DNA from: Candidatus Eiseniibacteriota bacterium
GTDB lineage: Bacteria > Eisenbacteria > RBG-16-71-46
DNA: 64,000 bases
Direction: 5' to 3'
NCBI GenBank assembly: GCA_041483195.1
Contig: JBGPFC010000012.1
Span: 16,230 to 80,229, forward strand
This document shows positions 61,017 to 64,000 of this stretch, one piece after another. Position 1 is the stretch's first letter. Each line of letters starts with the position of its first letter. The notes beneath the pieces are model-generated. The model had not been told where the DNA came from, ran no database searches, and was given only the letters and a program-made list of their open reading frames with translations. The position numbers and the translations under genes were made by a program.

Positions 61017-63842
61017 ATGAAAACCCGGCCGCTCGCCATCACGCTCGTCGCGACATCCCTGCTTGCAGCGTCCGCCTCGATCGCGAGCGGACCCCCCATC
61101 AAGTTCGCGGAGCGTCAGCTCGCACCCGACATCGGATCGTCCCTTGTCGTAGGGGAGCTCGACGGCAATCCGGGCCCGGAGGTCGTCGGGGTCTCGGGCG
61201 GCAACGTCCTCGTTCTTCGCAATCTCGGCGGGCGCGCGTTCTCGTCTGTCCAATCCATCCCGATGGCGGGCGGCAGCGAGTTCCGGCTCGCGCTCCCGGA
61301 CGTGGATGGCGACGGACGGCGCGATCTGGTGACGCTGCGTTCGTCACCTCCGGCGGTGGTGCTGCGCGCGAATCTCGGCGGGTTCAATTTCGCGCCGGCG
61401 CTGGAGTACGCGCTGCCCTCGAGCCCGCGCGCGCTCGCGACGGGTGATATGAACGGCGATTCACGCGATGACATCATCGCCTTCTGCCAGGACACGGCGG
61501 CGGTCTTCATGGGCCTCCCCGGAGGCAGTCTCGCGGGACCGACGCTCGTTCCCATCGGGCCCGGCGCATTCGACGTTCCCGCCCTCGCCGATCTCGACGG
61601 TGATACGAAGCTGGATCTGGTGCTGTTCGTCGGCGACTATCCGTCGTGGTCGCTGCAGTGGCGCCATGGCAACGGCGACGGCACGTTCGGCGCGCCGAAC
61701 TCCATCCCGGGCACTGCCGATTTCACCCCGCACATGGCAGCCATGGACTTCGACCTCGACGGTGATGCAGACATCATCGCGTCAACGAATACCGGCGTGA
61801 TCTGGCTCGAGAACGACGGATCGGGAGCGTTCACGAGACGCGCGCCACTGCCGTTCGACCTCCACACCACCGACCCCGCGCAGGCCAGGATCGGCGACGT
61901 GGATGGCGACGGGCGCCTCGATGTGGTCCTTGCCGAACGCACGTTCGGCATACAGAACAACCTGGTCGAGGTCGCGTACTCGGCGGCCGACAGCGCCGCT
62001 CATTGTCTCGAGCGCTGGCACGTTCCGTACGAGCCGACCGGCCTGGCGCTCGCGGATCTGGACGGAGATGGCCGCCTCGACGTCGCCACCTCGTGCACGA
62101 CCAGCTCGGACAACCCCTACTACTTTTCGGGTGGTCCTTCGACCGCCATCCTCTGGAATGACGCTCACGGCGGTTTGCTCGGGCGATTGGAGGCGCGGCT
62201 TCAATTTCCCTATTTCAATTCCTCGTCCGAGAGCGCGCTGCTCGCGCTGAGGCGGGCGGCAGACACTCCCCCCGATCTCGTGGCGTCCACGGATCAGCGT
62301 GCGCGCCTGCTCAGAAATGTGAGCGATGCAATGTTCGCGGCGCCCGAGAGCATCGGCGTCGGGCACCCGCTCGCGGCGGCCGACCTCGACGGCGACGGGG
62401 CCGACGACTTGGTCCTCACACGCTCCGACTCGGCGTGGGTGTTCTTGCGCGACACCACCACCCTGGGCTTCGCAGCACCCGGACCGCTTCTCGCCGGGGG
62501 CGTCTCGCTGGGCCTCGGCGACCTGAATGGCGATGGACGAACCGACCTCGTGACGGAAGGCGCAGCCGGCTCGATCGCCTATCGTCCCGGCGACGGCTCG
62601 GGTGGATTCGGGGCGAACCTTCCGTTCGGCGCGGCGCTGCAGGTTCCGCACGGGGCCGTTCTCATCCGGGACCTCGATGGGGATGGGCGCACCGAGATCG
62701 TGTTCGCCGAAGCCTCGGCGGTCACGAGCGGCGACTCCCCGAGTCATGTGCTGCGCGCCGTGCTGCATGTGCTCCACAACGACGGGGCGGGGCACTTCGC
62801 ATCCGACGAGATCGACTCGCTGCGTCTGACGTACGCGTCTGGCTCGAGCTACTCCAATTTCGGCAGCGCGCTCACCGTCGCTGACGTCGACGGGGACGGC
62901 GATCGAGACGTGGTGCTCTCGATGGGGAATGGCGGCGTCAGCCTCGGCTGGTTCGGCGCGTTCCTCAATGACGGCGCTGGCCATTTCCACGCCGCTGGGC
63001 CCGCGCAGTACGGCGGCAACCCCGGGGGCGATCTCGCCTCTGCCGATCTCAACGGCGACGCTCTGGCGGACGTGATCATCGCCCAGAGCGACGGCCTCGA
63101 TTTCGACCTCGGCGTATTCCCGGCGAGCGGAGGTGGAGCGTTCGGGACGATAAGCTACTTCATCGGCGCCGATGCCATGACGCGCTGCATCACCGCCGAC
63201 TTCGACGGCGACGCCCGGACCGATGTGGCGGTGCTCGGTTACAACGACAACGACATCGTCATGCTGCGCAACGCGACAGAGTACGCGCCCATTCCGACGC
63301 CCGCGCTCGCCTCGCTGGTGAGCGCGGCACTCGCGGGCGGCATTGCGCGGATTGAGTGGTGGAGTCCGGACGGCGCCGCGTTCAAGGCCACGCTGCAGCG
63401 CGCGCTGGACGATGGCGCGTGGATGCCGATCGCGACGATTGTCGCCGACGGCGCAGGGCACGTCCGGTACGAAGATGCCGGTTTGCTCCCCGGGCACCGT
63501 TACGGCTATCGGCTCTGGGTGCGGGACGAGACCGGCGCGCACGCGCTCGGCGAGGCATGGCTCGGCGTGCCTGCCCGCGCGTTCTCGATCCAGCCGCCCG
63601 TGCCCAATCCCTCGACGGGCCGGCCGGCATTCGTAGTCTCGCTGCCCGATGCGGGGGAGGGCGCGCTCGACATCATCGACGTGAGCGGACGCCTCGTGCG
63701 GCGCGCGACGTTCCGTTCGAGCGCCGCCGGGCAGGAACGTGTCTCGTTCGAGCGCGAGGGCACGCTCGCGCCCGGGCTCTACTTCGCGCGCGCGCGGATG
63801 GGGCGCGAGACGACGCTCGCGCGGTTCGTGGTGATCCGCTAG
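61017..63842 (+). CDS. Secreted FG-GAP / VCBS-repeat (integrin-alpha-like) protein with a T9SS / FlgD-Ig-like C-terminal domain
   Basis: Signal peptide MKTRPLAITLVATSLLAASASIA. At least eight D-x-D/N-G-D-G-x-x-D-hh FG-GAP repeats. The CTD is PPVPNPSTGRPAFVVSLPDAGEGALDIIDVSGRLV...GLYFARARMGRETTLARFVVIR. Confidence 0.6.
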   Translation: MKTRPLAITLVATSLLAASASIASGPPIKFAERQLAPDIGSSLVVGELDGNPGPEVVGVSGGNVLVLRNLGGRAFSSVQSIPMAGGSEFRLALPDVDGDGRRDLVTLRSSPPAVVLRANLGGFNFAPALEYALPSSPRALATGDMNGDSRDDIIAFCQDTAAVFMGLPGGSLAGPTLVPIGPGAFDVPALADLDGDTKLDLVLFVGDYPSWSLQWRHGNGDGTFGAPNSIPGTADFTPHMAAMDFDLDGDADIIASTNTGVIWLENDGSGAFTRRAPLPFDLHTTDPAQARIGDVDGDGRLDVVLAERTFGIQNNLVEVAYSAADSAAHCLERWHVPYEPTGLALADLDGDGRLDVATSCTTSSDNPYYFSGGPSTAILWNDAHGGLLGRLEARLQFPYFNSSSESALLALRRAADTPPDLVASTDQRARLLRNVSDAMFAAPESIGVGHPLAAADLDGDGADDLVLTRSDSAWVFLRDTTTLGFAAPGPLLAGGVSLGLGDLNGDGRTDLVTEGAAGSIAYRPGDGSGGFGANLPFGAALQVPHGAVLIRDLDGDGRTEIVFAEASAVTSGDSPSHVLRAVLHVLHNDGAGHFASDEIDSLRLTYASGSSYSNFGSALTVADVDGDGDRDVVLSMGNGGVSLGWFGAFLNDGAGHFHAAGPAQYGGNPGGDLASADLNGDALADVIIAQSDGLDFDLGVFPASGGGAFGTISYFIGADAMTRCITADFDGDARTDVAVLGYNDNDIVMLRNATEYAPIPTPALASLVSAALAGGIARIEWWSPDGAAFKATLQRALDDGAWMPIATIVADGAGHVRYEDAGLLPGHRYGYRLWVRDETGAHALGEAWLGVPARAFSIQPPVPNPSTGRPAFVVSLPDAGEGALDIIDVSGRLVRRATFRSSAAGQERVSFEREGTLAPGLYFARARMGRETTLARFVVIR

Positions 63843-63869
63843 CGGCTCGCGGTCGAGCCCGGCCCGGGT

Positions 63870-64000
63870 CTAGAGCGCGCGATAGCCCGCGCGGATCGCC
63901 CAGAAATGGAGCGTCGTGCCGCCGCGGTCCATCGAGTAGAACTGGACCTCCGCGAGGAAGCGATCGCGCAGCGTGGGCTTGAACTCGTAGCGCGCGCCGG
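63870..64000 (-). CDS. C-terminal end of an unidentified minus-strand gene; the 5' part lies beyond the window
   Basis: Hand translation gives ...GARYEFKPTLRDRFLAEVQFYSMDRGGTTLHFWAIRAGYRAL* with a TAG stop at 63872..63870. No other evidence. Confidence 0.2.
   Translation of the reverse strand, partial: GARYEFKPTLRDRFLAEVQFYSMDRGGTTLHFWAIRAGYRAL

Noticed and set aside
1-64000. CRISPR arrays, tRNA/rRNA genes, transposases and integrases
   Set aside because: No regularly spaced short direct repeats, no tRNA-like cloverleaf candidates in intergenic gaps, and no recognisable transposase or integrase motifs. The R-M island has no obvious mobility genes.

Overview
This 64 kb window is very GC-rich by eye (roughly 70% GC; not computed). 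It is densely coding and carries about 55 protein genes, with no rRNA, tRNA, CRISPR array, transposase or integrase detected. The content reads as a chromosomal region of a Gemmatimonadota- or FCB-like bacterium, because four large secreted proteins end in the same T9SS / FlgD-Ig-like C-terminal sorting domain.

Main blocks, in order:
- 1-3099: a partial GNAT-like gene and a NitT/TauT-type ABC importer (ATPase plus a fused double permease).
- 3299-12437: a complete Pho regulon, phoB-phoR, a small HEAR-domain ORF, a 7+4+7 bp Pho-box-like direct repeat, an OprO/P-like phosphate porin, pstSCAB and phoU.
- 12476-19473: a putative CxxCH-bearing outer-membrane barrel and a small secreted protein, then a minus-strand operon of a T9SS cargo protein, a TonB-dependent receptor and a small secreted protein.
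- 19709-28071: arfB, a HlyD / ABC-2 exporter, a divergent pair of M16 peptidases (one active, one inactive) and an NTT/TLC-like MFS transporter fused to HEAT repeats.
- 28202-32500: thiL, a secreted cupredoxin-LTD fusion, Ogt with a histone-H1-like tail, an ICMT-family methyltransferase and a DUF2231 protein.
- 32546-35058: a visibly lower-GC island carrying a BsuBI/PstI-type Type II R-M pair.
- 35092-40288: a TPR plus retropepsin-like protease, an M20D amidohydrolase, a SAM methyltransferase and an OmpA-TSP3 protein.
- 40498-43964: small membrane proteins, a secreted hypothetical protein, an SDR gene remnant and a 7-repeat 'APGWP' T9SS protein.
- 44196-57236: a GT4/GT2 pair, a Mut7-C RNase, a Tat-signal nitroreductase-fold protein, pmbA-tldD, an L,D-transpeptidase and a TetR-TolC-EmrA-EmrB efflux operon.
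- 57313-63842: the most unusual block, a membrane-anchored HMA metal-binding protein followed by a beta-propeller / di-haem cytochrome-c-peroxidase / T9SS fusion protein and an FG-GAP T9SS protein.

Many long ORFs in the six-frame track are antisense or frame-fusion artefacts of the high GC content and were not called.
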